A stretch of 61,940 nucleotides of DNA, filler included, from 3 parts of 3 records of this genome joined end to end with filler, not necessarily neighbours in it, one strand, 5' to 3'. Positions 1 to 10,246 are shown, counted from the first letter of the whole stretch. Notes: generated from the letters alone by a model not told the origin. A program made the numbers and translations.

Positions 1-226
1 TCGACAGCTGACCCTTAGCGTTGAAGACCAGGGTCCAGGTGTAGCGCCAGACCATCAAGACACCATTTTTGATGCCTTTTTCACCACCCGCGATGAAGGA
101 TTGGGAATGGGTTTGGCAATTAGCCGTTCGCTAATCGAGAGCATGGGCGGGGCGCTTACTCTGCGCCCCCAGCAAAACGCGAAAGGCGCATGCTTTGACA
201 TCACACTTCGCACAGAAACAGTATGA
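1..226 (+). CDS. Sensor histidine kinase, C-terminal HATPase fragment (5'-truncated)
   Basis: Frame 2 reads ...VEDQGPGV...IFDAFFTTRDEGLGMGLAISRSLIESMGG...TGA (G1/F/G2 boxes). Its stop overlaps the ATG of the response regulator (ATGA). Confidence 0.9.
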   Translation, partial: RQLTLSVEDQGPGVAPDHQDTIFDAFFTTRDEGLGMGLAISRSLIESMGGALTLRPQQNAKGACFDITLRTETV

Positions 227-927
227 TTGCGCAATCAGTGCATCAACAGGGGCCAGTAATGACCAGTAGTGTTGAACGACAGTCTACCGCCACTATCGCG
301 GTTGTTGATGATGATCAAGCATTGCGTGAATCGCTGGTTTGGCTGCTTGAATCCGTCGGATTAACCGCTCAAGCGTTTCATGACGGCGAGCAATTCTTAG
401 CGAGTCAGCACGATAAACTGGGCGCACTGCTGCTTGATGTTCGCATGCCAGGCATGAGTGGACTGCAAGTGCAGCAGCAGCTGGTTGACCAAGGCGCTAC
501 CCTGCCGGTCATTATGATGACAGGGCATGGCGATGTCCCCATGGCAGTGGCTGCACTAAAGAACGGCGCATTTGATTTTATTGAAAAGCCGTTTAACCAC
601 CAGCAGCTGATTGACAGCGTGCAACAGGCGTTGGGCAGCGCTCACCAACAGCAGCGCGCTCAGCAGCAGTTGGCAATACTGCGAACACGTTACCAATCGC
701 TACGCCCGAAAGAGCAGCGCATTGTGATTCATGTAGCAGAAGGAATGACCAGTCGTGAAATTGCCGAGCACATGGAGATAAGCGGAAAAACCGTCGAGGT
801 TTATCGGTTAAGGGCCATGAAGGCCATGCACGCTGCTAACTTGGCAGAGCTGGTGCGGCAAGCGGTGGCGCTGGAGCTCGTTTCCTCGCTCAGCGCCCCC
901 CCTATTGATAGCGAACGGCCTAGCTAA
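223..927 (+). CDS. FixJ/TtrR-like response regulator (REC + LuxR HTH)
   Basis: VVDDD, LLDVRMPGMSG, MTGHGDVPMAV, KPF motifs and a LuxR-type HTH (IAEHMEISGKTVEVYR). Alternative start at 259. Confidence 0.9.
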   Translation: MIAQSVHQQGPVMTSSVERQSTATIAVVDDDQALRESLVWLLESVGLTAQAFHDGEQFLASQHDKLGALLLDVRMPGMSGLQVQQQLVDQGATLPVIMMTGHGDVPMAVAALKNGAFDFIEKPFNHQQLIDSVQQALGSAHQQQRAQQQLAILRTRYQSLRPKEQRIVIHVAEGMTSREIAEHMEISGKTVEVYRLRAMKAMHAANLAELVRQAVALELVSSLSAPPIDSERPS

Positions 928-1885
928 GTGGCACAACCTGGCCATTGGCTTTTTCCAGCACATTACGCACCTGCTCGTAATCAATGCCGTGCTCATCACC
1001 CTCGTGAGCCTCAATTAGGCTAACCACCTCTAACAGCGTTTCCATTCCAAAACTCTGTTCATCCGTGGGCGTAAAAGCTTGAACATAAGCATTTTCGTTA
1101 CTCCCCCAGCCCACCTTAACGGGGCTGTCGATAATGTTTACCTGCGTGCCGACTGGAATACGCCAAAATACCGATTCAATATCTTCTGGGTGCATCCGAA
1201 TACAGCCACGGCTAGCGCGCATGCCAACACCGTCAGGCTGATTAGTGCCATGAATTAAGTAGCCAGGGATATCCAGCAAAATAGCGTATTGCCCTAACGG
1301 ATTATCTTCACCAGGAGGAACAACCGCGGGCGCAGGATCACCGCGCTCAGCAGCTTCTTGGCGAATAGATTCGGGTGGATACCATGCCGGATTCTCAAGA
1401 CGCATGGTGGTCTTAGTAATGCCCAGCGGCGTATTGAACGCATCGCGACCAATTCCAATAGGATACGTCTCTACCCGCGGTGCCTTGCCCTCTTCTACCT
1501 CTGGGTAATAGTAAAGCCTAAGCTCAGCAACATTAATCACAATACCCGTACGCGGCTCGTCTGGCAGAATATATTGGCCGGGTATTGTCACCTCAGTACC
1601 TTCGCCTGGTATCCAAATACTGGTATCCGGGTTGGCCATACGAATCTCTTCGTAACCCACATTATGCTCACGAGCGATGTCGAGCAGGGTATCCTCTTTT
1701 TTCGCCGTAACGGTATACACCTCGCCCACCATATTCCCCTCATCAGGGAGCAAAAAGTGGCCTTTGGGTAATTCACTTTCACTGGCAACGGCACTGGATG
1801 CAAACAACCAAGCTCCCAGAGCGACACTGCTAGCCCACAATTTTTTAACCTGTCGAAGCGTTTGATACCGTGCGGCAACTGTCAT
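920..1885 (-). CDS. L,D-transpeptidase (ErfK/YbiS/YcfS/YnhG family)
   Basis: Signal peptide, LysM-like segment, YLIHGTN...SRGCIRM catalytic motif. Start moved to ATG 1885 (AAGGAG RBS). Confidence 0.92.
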   Translation of the reverse strand: MTVAARYQTLRQVKKLWASSVALGAWLFASSAVASESELPKGHFLLPDEGNMVGEVYTVTAKKEDTLLDIAREHNVGYEEIRMANPDTSIWIPGEGTEVTIPGQYILPDEPRTGIVINVAELRLYYYPEVEEGKAPRVETYPIGIGRDAFNTPLGITKTTMRLENPAWYPPESIRQEAAERGDPAPAVVPPGEDNPLGQYAILLDIPGYLIHGTNQPDGVGMRASRGCIRMHPEDIESVFWRIPVGTQVNIIDSPVKVGWGSNENAYVQAFTPTDEQSFGMETLLEVVSLIEAHEGDEHGIDYEQVRNVLEKANGQVVPLS

Positions 1886-2368
1886 GGGGTCTCCTTTATT
1901 ATATAGCCCCAAGGCGCTACCTGCTGTTAAGCAAGCCACTGTGGGGGCAATTTGCGTACGAATATGAACAAGCGGTCTGAATGGGTCAATTCGACAGACT
2001 GTCGCAGCAATCTCGACGACCAACGTGGGTGAGACGTTTCATTGAGAGTGATTTTAACGTTTATTAATAAATCTAACACGCCCTGGTTTAACGCTGATAT
2101 GTATTTGAATTGATCTTAGCTAAGGGTTCTTCATTAGCATTGCAACACAGCGCATAGCATCTACCTTTAGAAGTGCCTGTGCACAGCAACGTGTCGGGCT
2201 TCACTCATCACCAACAGGAACAGTAGCGCCACCCATCAAAAGGAACCTACTGGGTAGCGTTGGCTAGCAAGGAGCTCGAAAAACGCCAACCAGTTTATCG
2301 CTACTACGTTACTTAGGGATTAACAGCTCAGCTGTTAATCCCTGCATAAATATGCAAGGAGCAAAACG

Positions 2369-2854
2369 ATGAAAACGACTTTTCTCAGCACGCTGGTTAT
2401 TCCTACCTTAATTGCCGTCGCTGGCATTGCCTACGCAAGTGATGACAATCAGACCGGCATGGAAGCTTCATACTTGACCCAAGCGCCGCAAGGCACTTTC
2501 CACTCGGATTCTCTAACGGGCAACCAAGTAAAAAGCAGCGTTGAAAACGATGAAGACATCGGCACCATCAATGATTTAATCATTGATGAGGATGGGCAAA
2601 TTAATGCTGTTGTTGTCGGCGTTGGTGGCTTCCTTGGTATAGGCGAAAAAGATGTCGCTATCGAGTGGGATTCGCTTGAACTTACCAAGGATGAAGATGG
2701 CGAAGATTACATTATATCGGTAAACGCCTCTCAAGAAGCGTTGGAAAATGCCGAAGAGTATGAGCATGGCAATGATCTTCATACAGAACGCGATACTGAG
2801 ATGAATAGTAATAACGACAGCGCGAACCTTAACAATGCCCGCAATAACGAGTAA
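2369..2854 (+). CDS. Secreted PRC-barrel domain protein
   Basis: Signal peptide; DIGTINDLII...VVVGVGGFLGIGEKDVAI PRC-barrel motif; AAGGAG RBS. Confidence 0.88.
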   Translation: MKTTFLSTLVIPTLIAVAGIAYASDDNQTGMEASYLTQAPQGTFHSDSLTGNQVKSSVENDEDIGTINDLIIDEDGQINAVVVGVGGFLGIGEKDVAIEWDSLELTKDEDGEDYIISVNASQEALENAEEYEHGNDLHTERDTEMNSNNDSANLNNARNNE

Positions 2855-3002
2855 CGTTAATTAATATCGCAACCTTGATGGTACAGAGACACCAATCAAC
2901 GGTTGTAAGTAGTGGGGCCTTGCTAATAAGAGACAAGGCCCTTTTTATAAGCGCCTTTTCATAAATGCCTAAAGCGGCTATTGCGTACCCAGAAAAAATC
3001 AT

Positions 3003-3032
3003 AAAAAAGCGCTGCATACATGCAGCGCTTTT
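3003..3032. terminator. Bidirectional intrinsic terminator
   Basis: AAAAAAGCGCTGCAT-AC-ATGCAGCGCTTTT between the convergent PRC-barrel and osmC genes. Confidence 0.8.
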
Positions 3033-3053
3033 CGGCGTTATCTGGCGTTCGAA

Positions 3054-3476
3054 TCACCCCTTTAAGGTTGCGTCCATAGTTATGTCAGCATTTAATACTT
3101 TGGAAACAGGGCAGTTCGCTTTAGCTGTTTCAGCAGCTTCTTGAAAAGCAGCGTCATCGGCACCGCTTACGCTGGCAACAACGTCCAAATGAATGCTGGA
3201 AATATCGAAACCATCTGCGCTTTGTGAAAGCGTTACGCGCGCATTGGTATCAATAGCATCAGCGGTAAAGCCTTTCTCTCCAAGAATCATCGAAAGCGCC
3301 ATTGAGAAACAGCTTGCATGGGCAGCGCCAATTAACTCTTCCGGGGTGGTGCCGGGTGCTCCTTCAAAGCGCTGTTTGAACGAATAGCCAGCATCCAATG
3401 CTCCACTTTCCGTCGCCACATTGCCCTGGCCATCTTTGAGTCCACCTTCCCAACGTGCGCTTGCTTTACTATCCAT
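3054..3476 (-). CDS. osmC: OsmC peroxiredoxin
   Basis: MDSKASARWEGGLKDG, PEELIGAAHASCF and CPVSK two-Cys motifs. Start at ATG 3476 after AAGGAG. Confidence 0.93.
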   Translation of the reverse strand: MDSKASARWEGGLKDGQGNVATESGALDAGYSFKQRFEGAPGTTPEELIGAAHASCFSMALSMILGEKGFTADAIDTNARVTLSQSADGFDISSIHLDVVASVSGADDAAFQEAAETAKANCPVSKVLNADITMDATLKG

Positions 3477-3714
3477 TCCGTTCTCCTTTCCTCTGATAGT
3501 TAGCGTCATCTCGTTTTAGGACGCAGTCACTGCGCCCGCCAACTCAATCAGCGTAGCTGATTCTGGCGCCGCTGCCGAATTTACTCGATCAACATGTCTA
3601 TACTACTTCTTAGCTGTTATACGCTATTCGCTTTCCAACGCTTTATCGTTAAGCTGAGCAGCACTATGGCACTCACCGCACCTATGGTCGCCGCAATGAA
3701 TCTAAGGACACATC

Positions 3715-4620
3715 ATGTCATCGGCTGATGCGCTGCGTTTGGTTTTGCTCTCCTCCCTATGGGGGCTATCGTTTATTTTTATGCGTGTCGCCGCGCCGGA
3801 ATTTGGTGCTATTCCACTAGTGTTAGTCAGGATGGGAGTTGGCGCTTTGCTCTTGGTGCCGCTGCTCCTGAGCCTGCGCTATCTGCGGCTGATCTGGCAG
3901 CACAAAGGACCGTTACTCCTGCTGGGTGTGATGAATCATGTGCTGCCTTTCTCATTGTTGGCGTTAGCGACAACACGCTTAGAGGCAGGGTTTACTTCGC
4001 TGATAAACGCCACCACACCGATTTTCACGGCCCTACTAGGCGCCGCCTTTTTTGCCACCCCCATCCAACGTCAGCAGTACATTGGTCTCGCACTAGCGCT
4101 AGTGGGTGTGTATGTGCTGTCTGCTGACCGGCTAGACTTCACTCTAGGCGGCGACGGCTGGTTTATTGTTGCGGTACTCGGTGCCACGTTTTGCTACGGA
4201 CTTGCTGGTAACTACTCGAAAACGCGCTTGAGTCATCTACCCAGCCGCGTGTTGGCGGCTGGTAGCAGCGCGATGTCAGCACTGGTGTTACTGGTACCTG
4301 GTTTGCTGCTCTGGCCTAGCGAGCCGGTCAGCGTGCTCGCCTGGGGTAACGCCCTGGCGCTGGCGATGCTAAGCACCACACTAGCCTTCCTGCTTTATTT
4401 CGGCCTATTAGCTAGCGCAGGGGCCACAGCCACCTCAACTGTCACCTTTTTGGTCCCTGTCAGCGCACTGCTATGGGGCTACTTGCTACTTAATGAGACG
4501 CTGAGTCTTCAAGTGGTGGCTGGCATGGTCATTACCCTAGCAGGCACCGCCATTGCTACCGGACTATTAAGGCTTAGGTCGCGCGGCGCGTTGGCACCAC
4601 CTCATCCCCCACACGAATAG
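3715..4620 (+). CDS. DMT/EamA family transporter
   Basis: About 10 hydrophobic helices; LWGLSF, INATTPIFT, TVTFLVPV EamA motifs. Confidence 0.9.
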   Translation: MSSADALRLVLLSSLWGLSFIFMRVAAPEFGAIPLVLVRMGVGALLLVPLLLSLRYLRLIWQHKGPLLLLGVMNHVLPFSLLALATTRLEAGFTSLINATTPIFTALLGAAFFATPIQRQQYIGLALALVGVYVLSADRLDFTLGGDGWFIVAVLGATFCYGLAGNYSKTRLSHLPSRVLAAGSSAMSALVLLVPGLLLWPSEPVSVLAWGNALALAMLSTTLAFLLYFGLLASAGATATSTVTFLVPVSALLWGYLLLNETLSLQVVAGMVITLAGTAIATGLLRLRSRGALAPPHPPHE

Positions 4621-5419
4621 TGCTACCTTGCCCGGTAGTTAGCGTGGCGTTTTGGCCAAAATGCGCGCCTTTAAGATGAGGCTGAGTGTTCAGGGAAAGC
4701 AGCGTTTTCAGTGGTTCTGCCTGTTGCGGCACGGTGCCGGTTTGCTGGTCCACAGTGGTAATTTTACAGCGCTGACAAGGTTTGCGAAGCGTCAGCTCAT
4801 AGCCACTCTGGCCCGCGAGTGTGGCCCACTGGTCTTCCGCCCAGGCATCATCACAATCGACCACAATATTCGGCCGAAAACGGTTCATCGGCACAGAGGA
4901 TTGCCCATTGGCAACAAGCGCTTGATTCAAGGCATCCAGAGAGCCGGTGGTGGTTATCAAGAAAGGGTAGCCATCAGAAAAGTAGGTATGGGCCTCGCCC
5001 CCCGCCAGAAAATCTTCTTCAACAGAACGCGTAAACTCGGTAGCAAAGCGCACTAAGCTAATGCCTTGCGCTTGCTCGCCCAAGGCCGCCACAAGCCAGT
5101 GCGATACATCCTCGCTTTCTGGCACTGCTTTGCAGTGGTCGTTCCACACTTTTACCAGGCGCAAATTACCTTGGGGGTCTTCAAGGGGAATCGCGATCGG
5201 GTCTACCTTCGGGTGAGATAGTACCAATGCCTGATCGGTTAACTCGACCGCGATGGTGGCAAGCTGTGGTAGCTGGCGCTGAGTAACAAAACGCTGCTGG
5301 GCATCCACCAGCATCCAGCGGCGATCCCAGGCTAACCCATGGCCATGGAGTTCACTTTGGGTAACGTTAATTCCCTTTAAGGATTTAACCGGGTAGACAA
5401 TGAGTTGGGTAATATTCAC
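4574..5419 (-). CDS. MOSC domain protein (YcbX/mARC-like)
   Basis: YPVKS, DRRWML, FSDGYP, RFRPNIVV, KPCQRC motifs; GTG start. Confidence 0.92.
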   Translation of the reverse strand: MNITQLIVYPVKSLKGINVTQSELHGHGLAWDRRWMLVDAQQRFVTQRQLPQLATIAVELTDQALVLSHPKVDPIAIPLEDPQGNLRLVKVWNDHCKAVPESEDVSHWLVAALGEQAQGISLVRFATEFTRSVEEDFLAGGEAHTYFSDGYPFLITTTGSLDALNQALVANGQSSVPMNRFRPNIVVDCDDAWAEDQWATLAGQSGYELTLRKPCQRCKITTVDQQTGTVPQQAEPLKTLLSLNTQPHLKGAHFGQNATLTTGQGSTIRVGDEVVPTRRAT

Positions 5420-5525
5420 GGCGGTCTCATGCTCTCTATAGCGATTTTTTTAATGGCTTTTTTAATGACCAATCTTTAATTAACAGCCTATCGAGTTTGC
5501 TGGCTCGCCGCTAGCTACCCAGAAG

Positions 5526-6530
5526 CTAAAGTGTTTTACCCGTCTCAATTCGATACCCCAAATCCATGATTTGGTGTTCAGGTACTTCGCCACGAATGCG
5601 CGACAATAGCGCTTTCGCAGCGGCTTCCCCAATGGCTTGCCGAGGTGTAATAACGCTAGCAAGGCGCGGGCTCATCGCCTGGCCGACATCGTGGCCATGA
5701 AACCCAGCAATCGCCATCTGTTCGGGGACATTAATGCCATGGCGCAAACACTCAAAGTAAGCCCCCACCGCAACATCGTCGTTGGTGCAGAAAACACCAT
5801 CGGCACTAGGGTGATCTCGTTGAATTTCCTGCATAAGCGCCGCCCCGACGCTGTAGGAAGAGCGCTGACTGCTCTGCAGCGTTATCGGCGTTAACCCTTG
5901 CTCTTCCATCGCTTGGCGATAGCCTTGCTCACGCTGGCGTGTCCGCTCATCCAGACGCACAGCCAGATAAATCACCTGACGCCTGCCACGATGAATCATC
6001 TCACTGACCATATCGTAAGCGGCCTGCACGTTATCGTAGCCCACCGCCTGCTGCAGTGGCGGGCGACGGGTATCCATAATCTCCACAATAGGAATACCGG
6101 CTGTCTCCAACATCCGCAGACTACGCGGAGTGTGATCGCGGTCAGACAAGATGACCCCATCCACATTATAAGAGAGCAGCGAGGCCAAACTACGCTCTTC
6201 AAGCTCAGGGCTGTAACCGTAGTGAGACAGCATTAAGTGATAACCGGCAGGCTCGGTGTACGCTTCGATACCGACAATGACATCAGCAAATACCTGGTTG
6301 GTCAGCGATGGTACCAGCACGCCGATAGAGTGGCTGGTTGCCCGAGAAAGCAGGTCTGGTGCCCGATTGGGAATATAGCCAATCTGTTCAGCAACGCTAA
6401 AAATACGTTCGCGAAGCCCTTCCGATACCGTTTCAGGGTCTCGCAAGCAACGACTGACGGTCATTTTTGTCGCATCAACGCGATCAGCAATATCTTGTAA
6501 TGTCGGGCGTTTTTTCTTCAATGGCGTCAC
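5526..6530 (-). CDS. gntR: LacI-family gluconate regulator (E. coli GntR/IdnR-like)
   Basis: KKRPTLQDIADRVDATKMTVSR HTH, PSLTNQVFADV; adjacent to gluconokinase; matching operator at 10346. Confidence 0.88.
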   Translation of the reverse strand: MTPLKKKRPTLQDIADRVDATKMTVSRCLRDPETVSEGLRERIFSVAEQIGYIPNRAPDLLSRATSHSIGVLVPSLTNQVFADVIVGIEAYTEPAGYHLMLSHYGYSPELEERSLASLLSYNVDGVILSDRDHTPRSLRMLETAGIPIVEIMDTRRPPLQQAVGYDNVQAAYDMVSEMIHRGRRQVIYLAVRLDERTRQREQGYRQAMEEQGLTPITLQSSQRSSYSVGAALMQEIQRDHPSADGVFCTNDDVAVGAYFECLRHGINVPEQMAIAGFHGHDVGQAMSPRLASVITPRQAIGEAAAKALLSRIRGEVPEHQIMDLGYRIETGKTL

Positions 6531-6653
6531 TGACTGTTCTGTTAAGTGCGTAAGTCTGTTAAGTACGTAAGCCTACTAAATACAGGTCTGTAAAATGCGC
6601 AGGGGCCATACCATAGCGAATAGTAAGGCCCCTCGCCTATCCCATCCTTTAGC

Positions 6654-7178
6654 CTAATGAACGCGTAGCGTAGGCGCTAGCGCCGCCGTAAAGTGCTCGA
6701 CAATCTCGCTAGGCGATAGCGCAATGGAGACGGTCATCGCTTCATCACTGCTTGGCGGCTCTAAATCGGCGAGCTGGCTTGCCAGCATATTATCACCTTT
6801 AAAGAAGTGCCCTGCCCTGGTTGCTAACCGTTCACGCAGAAGCGCATGGCTTCCTTCTAGATATAAAACATGCAGCGCAGGGTCACCTTCGCGCAGGCGA
6901 TCCCGATAACGTTTTTTAAGGCCGGAACAGGCGATGACCACGGACGCATTGCGCGCTTTATGAGCCGCGAACAAGTTAGCAAGCGTTGCCAGCCAGTCAC
7001 GACGATCGTTGTCATTGAGTGGCGTGCCGCTGGCCATTTTCGCCACATTGGCCGGTGAATGATGGTCGTCACCGTCAATAAACGTTGCGCCCAGCGCTGC
7101 TGCTAACTGCTGTCCGATATGCGACTTCCCTGATCCAGAAACGCCCATGACAAGAATACGATGTGATGGCTTATTCAC
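6654..7178 (-). CDS. gntK: Gluconokinase (GntK/IdnK type)
   Basis: VMGVSGSGKS P-loop, DGDDHH, KMASGTPLND, ACSGLKKRYRDRL. Confidence 0.93.
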   Translation of the reverse strand: MNKPSHRILVMGVSGSGKSHIGQQLAAALGATFIDGDDHHSPANVAKMASGTPLNDNDRRDWLATLANLFAAHKARNASVVIACSGLKKRYRDRLREGDPALHVLYLEGSHALLRERLATRAGHFFKGDNMLASQLADLEPPSSDEAMTVSIALSPSEIVEHFTAALAPTLRVH

Positions 7179-7190
7179 TCGATGCTCCTA

Positions 7191-8471
7191 TCAATTGCCG
7201 CGCACGGCGGTGAGGTCAGGCAGCCAAGTAACGATGCCAGGGAACGCAATCAGCACCACCAGAACAACGATCAAGGCGGCGTAGTAAGGCAGCATGGCTT
7301 TTACCAGGGACTCCATAGACACCTTGCCGACACCACACCCAACGTACAGACAGGTACCAACCGGCGGGGTTAACAACCCAATGCCTAAAATAAAGGCCAT
7401 TAGAACGCCAAAGTAAGCGGCATCAACACCCACCGATGTCACGATCGGTGCAAGCATTGGCGCCATAATCACCATGGCTGGCGTTAGGTCCATTACAAAC
7501 CCCACCAACAGCAGTAGCCCCGCCACGATCAGCAGCAGCAAAAACGGCTCCTGGGTAATCGCCTGTACTTGGCGCACTAAGGTTTGTGGAACCATGTTAA
7601 TGGTTAGAAACCACGCAATAACGGTGGCAAAAGCCAACAACATCATCACCATGCCAGTGAGCCTTGCGGTGCGAATTAACATACCACCCAACTCGCTGAG
7701 CTTAAATTCACGGTATACCAGCAAAGAAATGAACAACGAGTAAAGCAAAGCAGCCACAGCGGCTTCAGTGGCAGTAAACACGCCGCCAATAATGCCGCCA
7801 ATAACGATCACAGGGAGCACCAGTGCTAACCAGGCATCCTTAAACGCTTTCCACAACCGATCCCAGCGGAATTGGCGAACGCCGCCACCCTGCTTGCTCG
7901 CCAGAATAAAGGTGGTCACCATGAGCGCGGCGCCAATTAACAGGCCAGGCACAATCCCCGCGATAAACAGACGACTGATCGACGTCTCGGTAACAATGCC
8001 ATATAAAATAAGCGGTATAGACGGTGGAATAATAATGCCGATCACCGACGACACGGTGTTAATCGCCGTGGCATTTGCGGCGGTGTAACCTTGCTGTTTC
8101 ATCGATGGGATCATCATTGCGCCAGTCGCTGCGGTATCCGCCACCGCCGAGCCGCTAATCCCGCCAAAAAACATCGAACCGGTAATCGCCACCTGACCAA
8201 GTCCGCCGCGCATAAAGCCAACTAACGCGCCAGCAAGCTCCATCAAGCGTCGTGCAATACCACCATTACTCATCACTTCGCCGACGAGAATAAAGAAGGG
8301 GATCGCCAGCAGCGGGAAGCTATTTACGCCACGAATTGACTGCTCAATCATAATCGATAGCGGGATATCAGACAGCACCGCCATGACTAAGGCTGCTACC
8401 CCTAGGCCAAACGCAATCGGCAAACCAATCACAATAGACGCCAATAATATGGCTAGAAAAATCCACAGCAT
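7191..8471 (-). CDS. TRAP transporter large permease DctM
   Basis: FPLLAIPFFIL, SGSAVAD, IIPPSIP, TPPVG motifs. Confidence 0.95.
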   Translation of the reverse strand: MLWIFLAILLASIVIGLPIAFGLGVAALVMAVLSDIPLSIMIEQSIRGVNSFPLLAIPFFILVGEVMSNGGIARRLMELAGALVGFMRGGLGQVAITGSMFFGGISGSAVADTAATGAMMIPSMKQQGYTAANATAINTVSSVIGIIIPPSIPLILYGIVTETSISRLFIAGIVPGLLIGAALMVTTFILASKQGGGVRQFRWDRLWKAFKDAWLALVLPVIVIGGIIGGVFTATEAAVAALLYSLFISLLVYREFKLSELGGMLIRTARLTGMVMMLLAFATVIAWFLTINMVPQTLVRQVQAITQEPFLLLLIVAGLLLLVGFVMDLTPAMVIMAPMLAPIVTSVGVDAAYFGVLMAFILGIGLLTPPVGTCLYVGCGVGKVSMESLVKAMLPYYAALIVVLVVLIAFPGIVTWLPDLTAVRGN

Positions 8472-8473
8472 GA

Positions 8474-9100
8474 TTAACGCTCCCCTGGTAAGTCAGCCGA
8501 TTGGCGATGTGGTTGACGGATAACCCCCACGCTGACCCACATACGCCAGAGCGATACCGCCGCGATAAAAATAACGCACAACACCAACGACAGGCTGACC
8601 AAGCTTAGCGGTACGCCCATGATCGCGGAGCGTCCACTTGAGCGCGTGAGCACTTGATAACCGCCCCAAATCATCACTAGCATCAGCCCACTAATAATCA
8701 GGTGTTGTAAGCAATAGAGCATGTGCGCGACACGCAACGGCAAACGTCTCACCAGCGCATCGACAGCAATATGCTCATAGCGTGAAAACGCCGCCGCTGC
8801 GCCGATAAAGACCAGCCAAATAAACAGCATGCGCGCCAGCTCATCGACCCAAGGCAGTGAATGATTGAACACAGAGCGGCCAACGACATTACTGGAAACC
8901 GCGACAATCAGCGCCGCCAAAATAGCGCCAATCAAATACTCCATAGCGAGTGTTAACCAGCGGAACAGCGCAGGCCCCTGGCGAGCCTCAGTATCAATTT
9001 CAAGCAGCTTGCGATTAGGGTCGTTCAAATAAACCGACGGATCTTCCAACGTTGGTGCTGTAGAGGTCACCACGTTTGGGGGAGTAGAGGAGGTAGTCAT
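8474..9100 (-). CDS. TRAP transporter small permease DctQ
   Basis: Four TM helices, WVDELAR...WLVFIGA...EHIAVD. Start at ATG 9100 (GGAG RBS). Confidence 0.9.
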   Translation of the reverse strand: MTTSSTPPNVVTSTAPTLEDPSVYLNDPNRKLLEIDTEARQGPALFRWLTLAMEYLIGAILAALIVAVSSNVVGRSVFNHSLPWVDELARMLFIWLVFIGAAAAFSRYEHIAVDALVRRLPLRVAHMLYCLQHLIISGLMLVMIWGGYQVLTRSSGRSAIMGVPLSLVSLSLVLCVIFIAAVSLWRMWVSVGVIRQPHRQSADLPGER

Positions 9101-9125
9101 AAGAACTCCGAGGGGCACTGACAAG

Positions 9126-9151
9126 TCGGGCAGGCGTGTGGGCCTGCCCGA
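9126..9151 (-). other. Intra-operon stem-loop between dctP and dctQ
   Basis: TCGGGCAGGC-GTGTGG-GCCTGCCCGA inverted repeat with no U-tract; typical position for a binding-protein mRNA-stabilising hairpin. Confidence 0.6.
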
Positions 9152-9172
9152 TGGTGCGCTATACGTAGCAGA

Positions 9173-10246
9173 TTAGTGGCTGCTGTCTTCGACGATTTGC
9201 TGAATTTCAGCGATCAGATCTTCACCGATACGCGGCGCCCACTCTTCATAAACAGGCTGCACGGCGTCTTGGAAAGCGGCTAACTGGTCATCATCTAAGC
9301 GGGTAATTTGCATACCGCGTGCTTCTAACTGTTCACGCGACCAGTCGTCATATTCGGCAGAAAGTTGGATTTCGTACTCAGCCGACTGTCGGGCGGCTTC
9401 CTGCACCAGCGCTTGGTACTCAGGTGCCATGCGGTTCCAGGTACGCTCGGAAAGCATCATGATAAATGGCGTATAAACGTGGCGTGTCTCGGTGCCGTAA
9501 TCCTGCACTTCATTGAAGTTAGAAGTAAGGATGGTGCTCCACGGGTTTTCCTGACCGTCCACAACGCCTTGCTCAAGCGCCGAAAATAGCTCGCCGAAGG
9601 CCATTGGTGTTGGGTTGGCACCTAACGCTTCCCAAATGGCTAGGTGAACCGGGTTTTGCATGGTGCGTACGCTCAGGCCGCGAACATCCAGGCCAGCCAC
9701 ATCTTCTGGTGATTCGACAGGGCGTGCACTGTTAGACAGCTGACGATAGCCGTTTTCAGAGAACGTCAGCGCTTTTAAGCCTGTACCCTCGAACGCATCC
9801 AGCATTCCCTGAGCCACGTCACTCTGCATAACAGCCACTGCGGCTTCTCGGCTCGGTAGTAGGAACGGCAAATCAAATGCTGACAGTGCCTCCACGTACC
9901 CAGTCGTTGCCGAGCTTGAAGGATAGGTCATATCCAAGGTGCCGGTTTGCAGCATTTCCATCATTTGGACATCGTCGCCCAACTGGCTGTTGGGAAAAAC
10001 ATTGACCGTAATACGACCATCGGTACGCTGCTCAAGAATTTCACCGAAGTACTGGCTAGAGAGAAACTGTGGCGATGTTTCGGACAGGCCAATGCCCATA
10101 CGCAAGGTGTGACTGCCGTGGTCAGCCACTACGTCGCCTTCAATCGCGGGCGGATCAGAAAGTTCAGGGCCTTGAGCATGTGCCATGCCAAAAGTCAGAG
10201 TGGTCGCGCCGACCAGAGTAAGCGTGCTGCGCCAAATCGTTGTCAT
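9173..10246 (-). CDS. TRAP transporter solute-binding protein DctP
   Basis: Signal peptide; FPNSQLG, ENGYR, GANPTPMAFGELFSALEQGVVDGQENP. Confidence 0.95.
   Translation of the reverse strand: MTTIWRSTLTLVGATTLTFGMAHAQGPELSDPPAIEGDVVADHGSHTLRMGIGLSETSPQFLSSQYFGEILEQRTDGRITVNVFPNSQLGDDVQMMEMLQTGTLDMTYPSSSATTGYVEALSAFDLPFLLPSREAAVAVMQSDVAQGMLDAFEGTGLKALTFSENGYRQLSNSARPVESPEDVAGLDVRGLSVRTMQNPVHLAIWEALGANPTPMAFGELFSALEQGVVDGQENPWSTILTSNFNEVQDYGTETRHVYTPFIMMLSERTWNRMAPEYQALVQEAARQSAEYEIQLSAEYDDWSREQLEARGMQITRLDDDQLAAFQDAVQPVYEEWAPRIGEDLIAEIQQIVEDSSH

Noticed and set aside
2141..2156. TGCAACACAGCGCATA as a fourth Crp-family box upstream of the PRC-barrel gene
   Set aside because: Only one half-site matches and there is no -10 at class-II spacing.
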